A stretch of DNA of 64,000 nt. Origin: an uncultured Eubacteriales bacterium. Lineage in GTDB: Bacteria > Bacillota > Clostridia > Oscillospirales > Acutalibacteraceae. The stretch covers positions 9,035 through 73,034 of the forward strand of contig ONSY01000077.1 of assembly GCA_900320605.1 (NCBI GenBank), read 5' to 3'. Position 1 is the first letter of the stretch. Each line of letters opens with the position of its first letter. Made by a program: the position numbers and the translations under genes. The notes under the pieces were generated by a model that saw only the letters and a program-made list of their open reading frames with translations, was not told the origin of the DNA and made no database searches. This document shows positions 41,083 to 51,411 of this stretch, piece by piece.

Positions 41083-41512
41083 GTTCTGCTTTGTAAAGTG
41101 TGAATCTGAATATAACTGTTTTCAACAGTTCCTGGTATCAAGATAACAGCTTTTGCTGTTGTCAACTGTGTTCCGTTGACAATGGTATACCGGAAAGGAA
41201 GTTATTCCGGGAAAAACCGGGATTCACGGCAACGAATAGTAGTAGTGCTTCGATGCATGCATTCGGTATAATCAATCGTATGTTTCTCATGCAATTTCTG
41301 CTCTATGGATAACGGAATGCAAAATAACATCCTGTTTGGATTTATATCTATATTCAGTTGTTTAGTGAATAATATTCAGTGATGAGAAAATGTAAAAATT
41401 CAGGGCAATGAATAGATATAAGACAATATTCAGAGAAATAACTCAAAAATATAAAATAATTGTGAATACTATTGGCTTTTTTCGTATGATGTGATATGAT
41501 GAAATTAATCAT

Positions 41513-42811
41513 ATGCTGTCTAAAGGATTTGATATTTTGAATACATTTCGTTTGAAATTCGGTGAGGGAGTTTCATTCTTGGGACTGAATGATGAGCGAT
41601 TTAAAACTGTACGCATCGCAATACATTTTCTGACTCCGCTTGAGAATAATTCTGCTGCCGCCAATGCTCTTGTTCCAGGGCTTCTTCTTCGCGCCAGCCG
41701 AGAATATCCCGATTATACAGAACTTGGATGTCATCTTGCGGATCTTTACGGGGCGTCGGTGTATGCGGATGTGGATCGTTTCGGTCCGCTTCAGGTGCTT
41801 TCAATCTCCGGAACCTGTCTAGCGGATCGTTTTGCTCTTGAGGGTGAAAAGCTTTCGGAAGATCTTGCCTCACTTTTATGTTCCATGGCCTTTTCTCCGA
41901 TTCTCTATGATCGAACATTTGATGTAAGTGGATTTGAAATTGAGCGTCGTCAGCTTCTGGAGGCAATTGATTCGGAATTCGGTGATAAACGCATTCTTGC
42001 AAGAAAAGCTGCAACGAAAATGCTTCTTTCTCCAGAGTATTCCTGCGTTTCTCGGTATGGCGAACGGGAAGAGATTGAGCGAATGACCGCGAAACGCTGT
42101 ACAGATGCATGGCGAGTTATGACAAAAAAAGCCCGGATTGAGATTTCCGTAATCGGAAATTGTGATCCGAAAGTGATCGCTGAGATCTTTCGACCGGCAG
42201 CAGAACGTCTTGAACGTCAGAAATCAGAATTTCAGTTCATTACACTGCCGGAAAAACCAAAACCTGAATCGAGAAAGGATATTCAGGATGTTGCACAGGC
42301 AAAACTTGTTCTTGGTTTCCGGACCGGAACTAACCTGTTATCAAAGGAAACAGATGCGCTTCGTCTCGTAAACGTAATGCTCGGGGGAAGTCCGAATTCC
42401 AAACTGTTTATGAATGTTCGTGAGGGGCAAAGCCTCTGTTATTACTGTTCCGCTTCTTTCGATTCAGCAAGCGGAACCATCCTGATTGACAGTGGTGTCG
42501 CACCTGAAAAGGTCAAGAAGGCACGTGAAGCTGTTCTGCGTGAAGTCGATGCAATGAAGCGTGGAGACTTTACGGAAGATGAGGTGGATAACGCAAAGAG
42601 ATATCTGCGGGATGCCTATCGGACTGTTTTCGATCATGCCGGCGCTATAGACTCCTGGTTTCTATACAGATGTTTTCTGGATCATATTCCTACTCCGGAT
42701 GAAACAGCGGATCGGATCGGAATGATTACAAGAGAGGAAATTATCTCAGCTGCCTCGAGGCTCTCTCTCTCTGCGGAATACCTTTTGACTGGAGGCGGAG
42801 TCGATGCTTGA
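41513..42811 (+). CDS. M16-family (insulinase-like) protein lacking the HxxEH motif, probable non-catalytic partner
   Basis: 432 aa with M16 fold-type layout but no HxxEH. Overlaps the next gene by 8 nt. Confidence 0.7.
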   Translation: MLSKGFDILNTFRLKFGEGVSFLGLNDERFKTVRIAIHFLTPLENNSAAANALVPGLLLRASREYPDYTELGCHLADLYGASVYADVDRFGPLQVLSISGTCLADRFALEGEKLSEDLASLLCSMAFSPILYDRTFDVSGFEIERRQLLEAIDSEFGDKRILARKAATKMLLSPEYSCVSRYGEREEIERMTAKRCTDAWRVMTKKARIEISVIGNCDPKVIAEIFRPAAERLERQKSEFQFITLPEKPKPESRKDIQDVAQAKLVLGFRTGTNLLSKETDALRLVNVMLGGSPNSKLFMNVREGQSLCYYCSASFDSASGTILIDSGVAPEKVKKAREAVLREVDAMKRGDFTEDEVDNAKRYLRDAYRTVFDHAGAIDSWFLYRCFLDHIPTPDETADRIGMITREEIISAASRLSLSAEYLLTGGGVDA

Positions 42812-44081
42812 AAACTGGGTTCGTCATGAAAAAATAGGCGAGGAATATCTGAACGTACGACATAAAAGCGGTCTGAATATTCTCGTCTATCCGAAACCTC
42901 AGTTCCACGGGGTATTTGCAATATTCGGAACGAAGTTCGGCTCGATTGACTGCGCTTTCAGAAAAGACGGGCGAATACTGCGCTGTCCAGCGGGTACAGC
43001 CCATTTTCTGGAACACAAACTTTTTGAAGGAGAAGAGGGCAGCGCTTTTGACCGTTACGCGAAAACTGGTGCATCTGCCAACGCCTATACCTCATTTGAC
43101 AAAACATGTTACCTGTTTTCCTGTACAGATCATGCGGAAGAATCATTAAGAATCTTACTATCTTTTGTGACACAGCCTTTTTTTACAGATGAAACCGTTG
43201 AGAAAGAGCTAGGAATTATCGGTCAGGAAATAAGGATGTACGATGATGATCCGAACTGGAGAGTAATGTTCAATCTGCTTGGGGGGTTGTATCATTCTGA
43301 ATCGGTCCGAAGTGATATCGCAGGTACTGCAGAGTCAATTTCCGCAATCACGCCGGAGATCCTTTATGAATTCTATAATAAGTATTATAACCTTCATAAT
43401 ATGACGTTGTGTGTCGCCGGAAGAATTGAACCGGAAACTGTTGTTTCTGTTGCTGATGAGATGCTTTCCCAGACATCGGAATATGAAGATACCAACGTTT
43501 ACCAAGAAGAGGACGATTCTGTCGTCAGTCACTTTGTCCGTCAGAAACTGTCTGTTAATCTGCCACTTTTTGAACTTGGATTCAAGGAGCAGGTCAAAAA
43601 AGGTCAGCGGGTTTCTCTTGCAGACGTTGCGGCCACGGATGTTATGTTATCTATGCTGGCATCTGATTTTTCTCCTCTGTACCGTCGTCTTCTTGACAGC
43701 GGACTCATCAATGAGTCCAGCTTTGGAAGTGAACTGTTCGAGGTGAGGGGATATGCTTCAACGATTTTTTCCGGCGAGTCGAGAGAACCGGAGCGTGTCG
43801 CTGAAGAAATCCGTAAAGAAATTGAGAGCCTGCGGTGCAACGGATTTACTGAAGATCGGTTTATGCGTTCGCGTAAATCACTTTACGGAAAAAATGTCGC
43901 TTACCTGAACAGCGCAGAGAGTATCGGAAGTTCGCTTTCAGCGTTATCGCTTGCCGGATACGGACTTTTCGAATATATTGACGCTATCGCTGCGGTGACT
44001 CCTATGGATGTGGAGCGGCGTCTGGCGGAAACGATGCGTGATTCCCATTGTGTTCTATCAATCATAGATCCAGTCGAATAA
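42804..44081 (+). CDS. M16-family zinc peptidase (catalytic, HFLEH)
   Basis: GTAHFLEHKLFEG inverted zinc-binding motif; 425 aa. Confidence 0.85.
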   Translation: MLENWVRHEKIGEEYLNVRHKSGLNILVYPKPQFHGVFAIFGTKFGSIDCAFRKDGRILRCPAGTAHFLEHKLFEGEEGSAFDRYAKTGASANAYTSFDKTCYLFSCTDHAEESLRILLSFVTQPFFTDETVEKELGIIGQEIRMYDDDPNWRVMFNLLGGLYHSESVRSDIAGTAESISAITPEILYEFYNKYYNLHNMTLCVAGRIEPETVVSVADEMLSQTSEYEDTNVYQEEDDSVVSHFVRQKLSVNLPLFELGFKEQVKKGQRVSLADVAATDVMLSMLASDFSPLYRRLLDSGLINESSFGSELFEVRGYASTIFSGESREPERVAEEIRKEIESLRCNGFTEDRFMRSRKSLYGKNVAYLNSAESIGSSLSALSLAGYGLFEYIDAIAAVTPMDVERRLAETMRDSHCVLSIIDPVE

Positions 44082-44096
44082 AGGAGGATTCTTTTT

Positions 44097-45572
44097 ATGT
44101 ATCATGTAGAATTTCCCGGCCTCGGGATCGAGGTCAATATCAATCCGGATGCGTTTTCTATTGGCGGTTATACGATCCGCTGGTATGGCATTCTGATCGC
44201 AGTCGGTTTTCTGTTGGCATTTATCTATGCGATGCGTTCTTGTAAGGCGATGAAAATAGACCAGAATCGTCTGATTGATGTGGTAATTGTCGGTGTTATT
44301 CTGGGAATCATTGGCGCACGTCTATACTATGTCGCATTTTATCCGGGATCAACCTATCGTGATGATCCCATCAAGATCCTATATATAACCGAGGGTGGAC
44401 TCGCAATTTACGGCGGAGTGATCGGAGGTCTTCTTGGAGCGGCAATCATGTCAAAAATCCGTAAAGTCAGTATTCCCGCCGTTCTAGATCTTGCCTCTCT
44501 TGGCTTTTTAATTGGCCAGGCCATCGGACGCTGGGGCAATTTCATCAATCAGGAAGCATTTGGTACAAAGACAGATAACTTCCTGAGAATGCAGAGCGAA
44601 GCGACTCTCGCAGAAGTGGAAGGCGCTGCACATCCATGTTTCTTTTATGAATCACTTTGGTGCATTTTAGGATTTGTTCTTCTCCATTTGTTTACAAGAA
44701 AACTTCGCCGTTACGACGGACAGACTTTCCTTCTGTATATAATCTGGTATGGTATCGGCCGCTTCTTCATCGAAGGAATCCGCACTGACAGTCTGATTGT
44801 TTTCTCAACGATCCGCGTTTCCCAGCTTCTGGCTGCAATTTCTGTCTTTATTGCAATAATTCTTCTGATTGTTTTCAGGAATCGTACAAAGCTTAGCGGT
44901 TGCGGAAAGAAAGAAATCGTTCTCCTCAACTCCATGTCAGATTCCGTTCCTGGCGCTGAGGAGACGACAGGAGAGTTCGGCACAATTTTCGGAGACCTTG
45001 GATATGAAGAGCCGGAGATTAAGGTGGAAAATGCGGTAGAGGATGTAGATAAGGCGCTCGAAAAGATTGCAGAAGAGAATGCAGAAAAGGGAGCTGAAAC
45101 TCCGGAAGGTTCTGAAACAATAGTGGACGAGGCTGAAGAATCGTCTGAATCCGACAAGAGTATCTCCGAAGAGATCATTTCAGATTCTGCTTCTGATACT
45201 GCCGAAAGCGCAGAAGAAACCCTTTCTCAGGAGACAACTGAGACGATTCCGGATGTACCCGATTTTTCCGCGGACCCGGATGAGAATACTGCTGTGAAAT
45301 CAGAGATAATATCTGAAGAACTGAAAAATGATTCACAGAAAGCGATTGATAGAATGACAGATGTGTCATCAGAGAAAAAGGAAAGCTTAGAGGAAAAATT
45401 CCAGAAAGCATCTCGTACACTCAACGATGAACTGCCCGGAGAAGACAAGGCGGAAAAATTGGAGAGCGCGATCGCAGAGCTGGAGGCAGCACTGGATCAG
45501 CCGGTAAAAACCGTACAGGAAACTGAGAATGCTGTCGAAAAGGTTATCAGTGAAGAAGTGAAAATCGATTAA
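44097..45572 (+). CDS. lgt: Prolipoprotein diacylglyceryl transferase with a roughly 220-aa acidic C-terminal extension
   Basis: IRWYGILIAVGF, GARLYYV and GRWGNFINQEAFG form the Lgt core (about 270 aa), followed by an E/S/D-rich tail. Confidence 0.9.
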   Translation: MYHVEFPGLGIEVNINPDAFSIGGYTIRWYGILIAVGFLLAFIYAMRSCKAMKIDQNRLIDVVIVGVILGIIGARLYYVAFYPGSTYRDDPIKILYITEGGLAIYGGVIGGLLGAAIMSKIRKVSIPAVLDLASLGFLIGQAIGRWGNFINQEAFGTKTDNFLRMQSEATLAEVEGAAHPCFFYESLWCILGFVLLHLFTRKLRRYDGQTFLLYIIWYGIGRFFIEGIRTDSLIVFSTIRVSQLLAAISVFIAIILLIVFRNRTKLSGCGKKEIVLLNSMSDSVPGAEETTGEFGTIFGDLGYEEPEIKVENAVEDVDKALEKIAEENAEKGAETPEGSETIVDEAEESSESDKSISEEIISDSASDTAESAEETLSQETTETIPDVPDFSADPDENTAVKSEIISEELKNDSQKAIDRMTDVSSEKKESLEEKFQKASRTLNDELPGEDKAEKLESAIAELEAALDQPVKTVQETENAVEKVISEEVKID

Positions 45573-45696
45573 ATGTGTTTATTGAATCGGACATTCCGTA
45601 TTATTCTACGGTGGCGAATAGTATCTCTATGAAACGAAGGTAATTCAACTGAACGGTTTATTAGAAAAAATCGAATCTCCGGAATCAATCTCAGGA

Positions 45697-47511
45697 ATGA
45701 ATGAACAGGATCTTGAGTTGCTTGCAGGTGAATTGCGTGAAAAAATAATCGATACTACTGCAATGAACGGAGGACACCTGGCTGCAAGTCTTGGTACAGT
45801 TGAACTGACGATTTCGCTTCTGCGGGCTTTCTCACCTCCCGAAGAACCGATTGTTTGGGATGTCGGTCACCAGGCGTATGCGTATAAGCTTCTGACCGGA
45901 CGCTTTGAACAATTTGACACACTGCGCAAAAAAGACGGAATTTCCGGATTCCCGAACCGTCAGGAGAGCCCTTATGATGTTTTGACTGCAGGGCACGCCA
46001 GTACGTCTATCTCAGCTGCAGTCGGGCTTGCGCGTGCAAAAGAGCTGAAAGGGGACAGGAGCTGTGTAGTTGCTGTTATCGGTGATGGTGCCCTGACCGG
46101 TGGCCTTTCATATGAGGGACTCAACAATGCGGGAAGACTTTCCAGAAATCTGATAGTTATTCTCAACGATAATAAGATGTCGATTTCTGGAAACGTCGGC
46201 GCTATGCCTAGATATCTGGCACGTATTCGTACTGCTCCGCGTTATCAGCGAGCGAAGGGAAAAGTTGAGCGTGTTCTCAAAAAAATACCTTTGATTGGAA
46301 ATGGACTGTATCGCTTTCTGTATGGATTAAAAGCTCATGTGCGTCATCTGTTTTATGGTTCAAACCTGTTTGAAAATCTTGGGTTTTCATATTACGGACC
46401 ATTAAACGGCCACAACATAAGCGATTTGACAGATGTATTCGAGAATGTAAAAAAGATCGACCGCCCTGTTCTGATTCATGTCGTTACGGAGAAAGGACAT
46501 GGCTATGGTCCGGCACGTGATAATCCGGATGTATTCCACGGGGTTTCCGGTTTTGATGTAAGAACCGGGAAGATAAAATCCGCAGCGCCGTCATTTTCTT
46601 CCGTGTTCGGAGAGGAGCTTTGTAAGCTTGCGATGGAAGACAAATCAGTCTGTGCTGTTACTGCGGCTATGTCGGAAGGAACCGGCCTTTCTGATTTCTC
46701 GCATCAGTTCTCGGACCGATTCTTTGATGTCGGTATTGCCGAAGAACATGCTGTAACGTTCTGTGGTGGACTCGCGGCTGGTGGAATGAATCCTGTTTTC
46801 GCAGTTTACTCCACTTTTTTACAGCGAAGTTACGATCAAATGATTCACGACGCTGCGCTTCAGAAAGTCAAGCTGACTCTTGCTGTAGACCGCGCGGGTA
46901 TCGTTGGAGCCGACGGAGTGACACATCAGGGGCTTTTCGATGCGGCATATCTCAACACAATTCCGGGAATTGAAGTTTGGTCACCGACTTATTTTTCTGA
47001 GCTGCGTGCATATTTAAGACATTGTTTAAACGCTAAGGATGGTGTGTTTGCCATCCGTTATCCCAGAGGAGGCGAACCACAGACAATCTCTGGTTATCCT
47101 GCTTGTCCGGAATATCCATTCTCCCTGTATGGAAACGGAGAAACACTTCTTGTTACTTACGGGCGGCTCTTTACTCAAGCAGTTCAGGCTGCAGAGATAC
47201 TCAGGAATAACGGAGTCCGTACCGCTGTTCTGAAACTGAACCGTATAACTCCGATCGATCCGGAAGCGATCAATTTGTCGAGTAGATTCCATGCAGTTTT
47301 CTTTTTCGAGGAAGGTGTAAAAAGCGGGGGAATCGGCGAGAGTTTTGGGGAAAGTCTGCTTGAGTCCGGTTTTTGCGGAAAGTGGCATTTGTACGCGGTC
47401 GATAATGGGTTTGTGCCACATATGACGACTGACGAAGCACTGGAATCACTTTCACTTACCGCTCCACAGATTGCTCATTCGATCCGGAATGCATTAGAAG
47501 GAGAAATATAA
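45697..47511 (+). CDS. dxs: 1-deoxy-D-xylulose-5-phosphate synthase (start uncertain)
   Basis: GGHLAASLGTVELT, WDVGHQAY, IGDGALTGG and DRAGIVGADGVTHQG motifs. Similarity to Dxs N-termini continues upstream of the first ATG (see findings). Confidence 0.93.
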   Translation: MNEQDLELLAGELREKIIDTTAMNGGHLAASLGTVELTISLLRAFSPPEEPIVWDVGHQAYAYKLLTGRFEQFDTLRKKDGISGFPNRQESPYDVLTAGHASTSISAAVGLARAKELKGDRSCVVAVIGDGALTGGLSYEGLNNAGRLSRNLIVILNDNKMSISGNVGAMPRYLARIRTAPRYQRAKGKVERVLKKIPLIGNGLYRFLYGLKAHVRHLFYGSNLFENLGFSYYGPLNGHNISDLTDVFENVKKIDRPVLIHVVTEKGHGYGPARDNPDVFHGVSGFDVRTGKIKSAAPSFSSVFGEELCKLAMEDKSVCAVTAAMSEGTGLSDFSHQFSDRFFDVGIAEEHAVTFCGGLAAGGMNPVFAVYSTFLQRSYDQMIHDAALQKVKLTLAVDRAGIVGADGVTHQGLFDAAYLNTIPGIEVWSPTYFSELRAYLRHCLNAKDGVFAIRYPRGGEPQTISGYPACPEYPFSLYGNGETLLVTYGRLFTQAVQAAEILRNNGVRTAVLKLNRITPIDPEAINLSSRFHAVFFFEEGVKSGGIGESFGESLLESGFCGKWHLYAVDNGFVPHMTTDEALESLSLTAPQIAHSIRNALEGEI

Positions 47512-47513
47512 CA

Positions 47514-48326
47514 TTGGAAAAACAGAGGTTAGATCTTCTGCTCTTTGAAAAAGGACTTGCTCCAAGCCGTGAAAAAGCCCGTGCACTGATTATGGCAGGG
47601 GAAGTCTACATAGACAATCAGAAAACAGACAAACCAGGTACCATGGTTTCTCCGGAGACGGAAATTGAGGTTCGGGGTTCATCACTTCGTTATGTGAGCC
47701 GCGGAGGGTTGAAGCTTGAGAAAGCGATGGAGCTGTTTCCGCTTTCTCCTAAGGGTAAAATCTGTATGGATATCGGTGCGTCTACCGGCGGCTTTACAGA
47801 CTGTATGCTTCAGAACGGAGCGGCGCGTGTCTATGCAGTTGACGTCGGATATGGTCAGCTTGCGTGGAGCCTGCGATGTGACACGCGTGTCATCAATCTT
47901 GAAAGGACCAATGTCCGTTATCTTACTTCTGAACTTGTGCCGGAAAAAATCGGTTTTTTCAGTGTTGATGTTTCATTTATTTCTCTCCGTACCGTACTGC
48001 CGGCTGCTGCGCCGTTTTTTGAGGACGGAGCGGAGGGCATTGTGCTGATAAAACCTCAGTTTGAAGCTGGCCGGGAAAAGGTCGGGAAAAATGGTGTAGT
48101 CCGTGAAAAGAAAACTCATCTGGAAGTTGTTTCTTCCATCATCAGTTCTGTTCCGGAATATGGATTTTCTCCTGTTTCACTGACTTTTTCCCCTATTAAA
48201 GGTCCGAAGGGCAATATTGAATATCTTCTTTTCCTGAAAAAAAGTTCAGAACCAGGCAGTATCTCGGATGATGAGATAGAACAGGTTGTAAATGATTCTC
48301 ACAGGGAACTCAATGCTGCTGATTAA
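47514..48326 (+). CDS. tlyA: TlyA-family rRNA 2'-O-methyltransferase
   Basis: S4 domain (RLDLLLFEKGLAPSREKARALI) plus FtsJ-like methyltransferase (DIGASTGGFTD). Confidence 0.9.
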   Translation: MEKQRLDLLLFEKGLAPSREKARALIMAGEVYIDNQKTDKPGTMVSPETEIEVRGSSLRYVSRGGLKLEKAMELFPLSPKGKICMDIGASTGGFTDCMLQNGAARVYAVDVGYGQLAWSLRCDTRVINLERTNVRYLTSELVPEKIGFFSVDVSFISLRTVLPAAAPFFEDGAEGIVLIKPQFEAGREKVGKNGVVREKKTHLEVVSSIISSVPEYGFSPVSLTFSPIKGPKGNIEYLLFLKKSSEPGSISDDEIEQVVNDSHRELNAAD

Positions 48327-48349
48327 AAGCAGAAGGAATGGTAAAACAA

Positions 48350-49171
48350 ATGAAAATCGTACTGTTTCCTAATTATTCAAGGGAAAACACCGTATCGATC
48401 TGTGAAAGAGTCCGTTCCATACTTTCTGAGTGTGGAGCACAGGTTACGGAAGCATCTCTTACAGATGACGCAGGCAATGAAATAGCGAATGCAGATCTTT
48501 CGATTGCAATCGGCGGTGACGGGACAGCAATCCGATGCGCACGTTTATCTGCTCCGTTTAAAAAGCCCACTCTTGGGATAAATGCGGGACGTGTGGGATA
48601 TATCTGCGAATTGGAAGCGAATGAAATTGATAAGCTTACAAGTCTGTTTTCAGGTGCATACAGGGTTGAAAAGAGAATGATGATTTCCGCGACAGTTAAC
48701 CGCGGCGGGCAAATAGCCGCAGAATTCACTGCTCTCAACGATATAGTCCTTTCACGCGGTACACTTTCCAGGATGATCGATTTTGAAGTTTACGCCGCAG
48801 GCGGGGCTCCTTGCCGTTATCGTGCAGACGGATTGATTTTTGCGACACCGACCGGTTCGACAGCGTATTCATACTCAGCCGGAGGACCGGTAGTCGATCC
48901 GTCATTATCCTGTATCCTTTTGACTCCGGTTTGCGCACATACACCGACTGGCGCACGCAGTCTTATCTTTTCAGCAGGTGAAACTCTTTTTCTCAGAGCT
49001 TCGGGAGAAAGTGAAACCCGTCTCTATCTTACTGCAGACGGCGCTGATAATTTTGCGCTTGAACCAGGCGATCTGATTAAAATAGCAAAAAATGACCTTA
49101 CAGCGGATTTTATCCGGCTTAAAGACCGGAATTTCTATACACTTTTCAATGAAAAAATGATGAAGGGATGA
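48350..49171 (+). CDS. nadK: NAD kinase
   Basis: GGDGT, LNDIV and ATPTGSTAYSYSAGGP motifs. ATG at 48350 preferred; the alternative at 48338 abuts the SD. Confidence 0.9.
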   Translation: MKIVLFPNYSRENTVSICERVRSILSECGAQVTEASLTDDAGNEIANADLSIAIGGDGTAIRCARLSAPFKKPTLGINAGRVGYICELEANEIDKLTSLFSGAYRVEKRMMISATVNRGGQIAAEFTALNDIVLSRGTLSRMIDFEVYAAGGAPCRYRADGLIFATPTGSTAYSYSAGGPVVDPSLSCILLTPVCAHTPTGARSLIFSAGETLFLRASGESETRLYLTADGADNFALEPGDLIKIAKNDLTADFIRLKDRNFYTLFNEKMMKG

Positions 49172-49177
49172 GAGAAA

Positions 49178-49636
49178 ATGAAGGTTAGACGACAGGAAAA
49201 AATACTTGAACTGATTGCGGAAAATGATATCAATACCCAGGAAGAGCTGCTTGACTACCTATCTTCTGCCGGCTATTTTGTTACTCAGGCGACCATTTCG
49301 CGGGACATCAAAGATCTGCGCCTTGTCAAGACTCTTTCTCCGAACGGAAAATACAAATATACCCCTGAGAAAGCTCCGGCGCATGACATCTCTTCGAAAT
49401 TCAACACCCTTTATACAGACTCTGTAATATCGACTGTATCATGCGGAAATCTTGTCGTCATCAAGACGATTTCAGGTCTGGCCGGTGCTGTGTGCGCCGC
49501 ACTGGATTCGCTTGAAATGCGGGAAATCATCGGTACAATTGCAGGCGACGATACAATTTTTGTTGCATGCGCAAATGACAGCGCGGCTCAGAGTCTGACA
49601 CTTACGCTGCGCAAGCTTCCGGGAAGCAGGAGTTGA
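49178..49636 (+). CDS. argR: Arginine repressor
   Basis: RQEKILELI...TQATISRDIKDLRLVK winged helix and a C-terminal GTIAGDDTIF oligomerisation/arginine-binding region. Confidence 0.92.
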   Translation: MKVRRQEKILELIAENDINTQEELLDYLSSAGYFVTQATISRDIKDLRLVKTLSPNGKYKYTPEKAPAHDISSKFNTLYTDSVISTVSCGNLVVIKTISGLAGAVCAALDSLEMREIIGTIAGDDTIFVACANDSAAQSLTLTLRKLPGSRS

Positions 49637-49642
49637 GGCTTT

Positions 49643-51319
49643 GTGTTAAGTTATCTATCGATTGAGAATATCGCTGTGATAGAGAAGGTTGAAATCACTT
49701 TTGAAAACGGTTTTAATATTCTGACAGGGGAAACTGGCGCAGGTAAGTCGATTATCATTGATTCTATCGAAGCGATTCTCGGTGAACGAACTCCAAAAGA
49801 TCTGATTCGTACAGGTGAGAAGAGTGCATATATCGGCGCTCAGTTTTCTTCCCTTGGCAATGCTGCGCGTTCTTTGATCGAAGAAGAAGGATTTTCTTTA
49901 GAGGATGACGGCAGTATCCTGATTGAACGGGAAATCCGCCTGGATGGACGAAATCTCTGCCGGGTCGGAGGACGTCCCGCGACACTGTCTGCTTTACGCC
50001 GCCTCGGGCCGGCGTTGGTTACAATCCTTGGTCAGCATGACAGTTATGATCTGCTTTCACGCGGAGGGCATATCGCGTACCTTGACGCAATGCTTTCAGA
50101 AACTGATCGTAAGAAAATTGAGAAGTATCGAGATGCATTTCATTCTCTGAAAGAAATAGGACGTGAAATTGACATGCTCGATAGTAATGAATCTGAGAAA
50201 GCCAGAAGGACAGATATGCTGACTTTCCAGATCAACGAGCTTGAATCTGCAAATATAACTGTCGGTGAACGAGAACAGCTTGCACAGCGCCGGGAAGCTG
50301 CAGAACATGCCCGTGAGCTTTCTGAGACGTCACAGGCGGCGCTTTGGGCAATTGGGAAGGGAGAAGGCGGCGCGGCTGAAAACGTCGCAAATGCCGCATC
50401 ACAGCTTGAAAACGCGTCCAGGTTTTTTTCAGGCTTTTCGACTGTTTCTGAGAAACTTCGTGAGGCTGAAAATATACTCCTTGAAGCCCGAGATCTTCTT
50501 TCTGAACAACAGAATACTTTTTCTTTTGATGAGGGAGAGATAGAAACAATCGACGGAAGACTGGATACTCTCTACCGCCTATCCGTGAAGTACGGCAAAA
50601 GCGAAGAAGACATGCTTGCTTTTTTACAGAAAGCAAAAGACGAACTCGAAGCTATGGAATCCAGTGACGCACGTCGGGAGGAACTGCTCAAAGAATTTGA
50701 AATAAAACGTCATGAATCAATCTCGCTCGCGAAAGAAATATCTGAGGCACGACGTATTGCCGCGTTAAGATTTGAATCACGTGTCAAGGAAGAATTGTCA
50801 TTCCTTGATATGCCTTCAGCTCGCTTTGAGGTCTCCCAGAAACGAGCGGCATTATCCGAAAACGGGTGTGACGAAGTAGTGTTCCTCCTTTCCGTCAATC
50901 CTGGTGAAAACATGCGGGAACTCTCGAAAGTTGCTTCAGGAGGTGAACTGTCCCGTATTATGCTTGCCATCAAGACAGTTCTTTCCGGAAGTGAGGATAC
51001 TGGTACTTTCATATTCGACGAAATAGACACTGGAATCAGTGGGATCGCTGCGCAGAAAGTAGGTAGAAAGCTACGTGAGATTTCTAAAAACGTACAGGTT
51101 TTGTGTGTAACGCATCTTCCGCAGATTGCCGCTTTGGCAGATCATCATTTCCTTACCGAGAAAAACATGTCAGATGAAAAAACATATACAAGTGTTCGTG
51201 AACTCAGCTTTGAAGGACGTGTACATGAGCTTGCACATATGATCGGTGGGGATGAGATTACCGATACAATGCTTAAAAATGCATCAGAAATGATATCTCA
51301 TTCTGATCGCGCGAAATGA
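49643..51319 (+). CDS. recN: DNA repair protein RecN
   Basis: GTG start after AGGAG; Walker A GETGAGKS, coiled-coil middle, ASGGELSR signature. Confidence 0.93.
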   Translation: MLSYLSIENIAVIEKVEITFENGFNILTGETGAGKSIIIDSIEAILGERTPKDLIRTGEKSAYIGAQFSSLGNAARSLIEEEGFSLEDDGSILIEREIRLDGRNLCRVGGRPATLSALRRLGPALVTILGQHDSYDLLSRGGHIAYLDAMLSETDRKKIEKYRDAFHSLKEIGREIDMLDSNESEKARRTDMLTFQINELESANITVGEREQLAQRREAAEHARELSETSQAALWAIGKGEGGAAENVANAASQLENASRFFSGFSTVSEKLREAENILLEARDLLSEQQNTFSFDEGEIETIDGRLDTLYRLSVKYGKSEEDMLAFLQKAKDELEAMESSDARREELLKEFEIKRHESISLAKEISEARRIAALRFESRVKEELSFLDMPSARFEVSQKRAALSENGCDEVVFLLSVNPGENMRELSKVASGGELSRIMLAIKTVLSGSEDTGTFIFDEIDTGISGIAAQKVGRKLREISKNVQVLCVTHLPQIAALADHHFLTEKNMSDEKTYTSVRELSFEGRVHELAHMIGGDEITDTMLKNASEMISHSDRAK

Positions 51320-51411
51320 CGCTGTTTTTTGAAAGCAATAAAACAAGTTTTGTCGAAGAGAAATTTGCTGTTTCAGTTCATCAGAAAATGAATCAGATTA
51401 AGTGAAATAAA

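Noticed and set aside
41100-41312. 70-aa plus-strand ORF in the gap before the M16 genes
   Set aside because: It has a GTG start without an SD and a Cys/Phe/Ser-rich composition. It mirrors the possible minus-strand relic described in the findings.
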